From NCBI GenBank assembly GCA_045591925.1, contig JAZNTW010000013.1, positions 13,776 to 77,775 of the forward strand: a stretch of DNA of 64,000 nt. Reading direction: 5' to 3'. Below the pieces are notes generated by a model. It saw nothing but the letters and a program-made list of their open reading frames with translations, was not told the origin of the DNA and ran no database searches. Positions 63,464-64,000 of this stretch are shown one piece after another; the first letter of the stretch is position 1, and every line of letters starts with the position of its first letter. Source of the stretch: Oscillospiraceae bacterium. Lineage in GTDB: Bacteria; Bacillota; Clostridia; Oscillospirales; Ruminococcaceae. Position numbers and translations under genes: made by a program.

Positions 63464-63492
63464 TGGACTTATCGCAGAAAAAGAGTTAATAT
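63464..63492 (+). promoter_or_regulatory. Cassette promoter copy 7 (variant subfamily)
   Basis: -35 TGGACT, 17 nt, -10 TAATAT. Confidence 0.5.
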
Positions 63493-63539
63493 GTCACTAC
63501 CGCCAGACAAGCGGAATCAAACAAAAGGAGCGAATCTAC

Positions 63540-63893
63540 ATGAAAATTCTAGTATGCGAACCCGGCAAGCACCCCTACGTCAAGGACATCGAACACACAC
63601 TTGAAAACCTTCAGGCTGAGGTGGACGGCTACATTCAGGCAATCTACCCCTTCGAGGAAGAGGTCGGTGTGATAGTCAACGAGGAGGGCCTGTTCCGCGA
63701 TGACCTTGCATGGAACAGAACGGTTGAGAAATACGGCCCGATCAAAGGTACCTTCTTCGTCTGCGGACTGGGCTTCGAGAATTTCACAGGGCTGACCGAT
63801 GAGCAGATCGAAAAGTACAAGGCAATCTTCTGGGAGCCTGAAATCTTCATCCCGACACCGAATGGCATGGTGGTGCTGCACATTATTGACTAA
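63540..63893 (+). CDS. DUF3846-like protein
   Basis: AAAAGGAG upstream. MKILVCEPGKHPYVKDIEHTLENLQAEVDGYIQAIYPF pattern. Confidence 0.6.
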   Translation: MKILVCEPGKHPYVKDIEHTLENLQAEVDGYIQAIYPFEEEVGVIVNEEGLFRDDLAWNRTVEKYGPIKGTFFVCGLGFENFTGLTDEQIEKYKAIFWEPEIFIPTPNGMVVLHIID

Positions 63894-63948
63894 AACAAAG
63901 GCGGGGCTGCCCTTCACCGGGCAGCCGAATGCCGAAAGGAGAAAATAC

Positions 63949-64000
63949 ATGGATATCATTTACACGTTTGAACAGATGGATCGCAAAATCTACGAACGCA
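63949..64000 (+). CDS. Start of a further ORF (3' truncated by window edge)
   Basis: GAAAGGAGAAAATAC before the ATG at 63949; open to the window end. Confidence 0.4.
   Translation, partial: MDIIYTFEQMDRKIYER

Noticed and set aside
55905-63492. Regularly spaced repeats might be a CRISPR array
   Set aside because: Repeat units are about 200-270 nt composite promoter/palindrome modules, not 25-40-nt direct repeats. The intervening segments are SD-preceded protein-coding ORFs of very different lengths. No cas genes are present.
1-64000. tRNA, rRNA or tmRNA genes in the non-coding gaps (4151-4496, 16617-16894, 22027-22206, 24179-24758, 42101-42458, 44077-44538)
   Set aside because: I could not trace a cloverleaf (acceptor stem plus a T-arm GTTCGAATC-like box) or rRNA-like conserved blocks in any gap by eye. 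tRNAscan/Rfam would be needed to be certain.

Overview
Mosaic accessory DNA from a Gram-positive anaerobe. GGAGG-type Shine-Dalgarno sites, a type-I dockerin and NrdDG suggest Clostridia, probably Oscillospiraceae/Ruminococcus-like (inference). I recognised no rRNA, tRNA, CRISPR array, integrase or virion structural gene. By eye (composition not computed) the window splits into five distinct blocks. (i) 1-4.4 kb is AT-rich. It holds the right end of an ISL3-family IS and a 3-gene minus-strand operon (567-aa protein, PfkB kinase, divergent Nudix). (ii) 4.5-16.7 kb holds a nine-gene plus-strand cluster: small proteins, an FHA-like membrane protein, a Zn-ribbon GTPase and a 509-aa partner, then class-B PBP, LCP and SEDS. 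After it come a VanY gene frameshifted in a T7 run, a Nudix-ASCH-DUF1810 fusion and small minus-strand genes. (iii) 16.9-22 kb is an AT-rich polymorphic-toxin cassette whose toxin carries a dockerin. (iv) 22.2-29.2 kb looks like a defence island. It has an XRE/HEXXH-peptidase fusion with a kinase-like partner, an SRAP (YedK-like) remnant, and a translationally coupled four-gene operon ending in an AAA_13/ABC-type ATPase. The three upstream partners of that ATPase share a short DNG(I/V)A(V/I)G motif and two of them are paralogues. This operon is my top candidate for an undescribed system. (v) 29.3-64 kb is GC-rich and almost entirely plus-strand, resembling a phage or phage-plasmid. It encodes a sigma-like protein and a replication module (DUF2800, DUF2815, PolA, DUF932, VRR-NUC, SNF2, orphan MazF, primase). 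It also encodes MetK, HNH, NrdDG, and four DNA methyltransferases with a PAPS-reductase-like protein; one methyltransferase is a 786-aa C5 enzyme with about eight TL-type target-recognition modules. The block ends in an array of at least eight near-identical promoter/leader cassettes. These drive small ORFs, including an amidoligase and two gamma-glutamylcyclotransferases, and are separated by conserved GC-rich imperfect palindromes. All functional calls rest on motifs read by eye. No database search was run.
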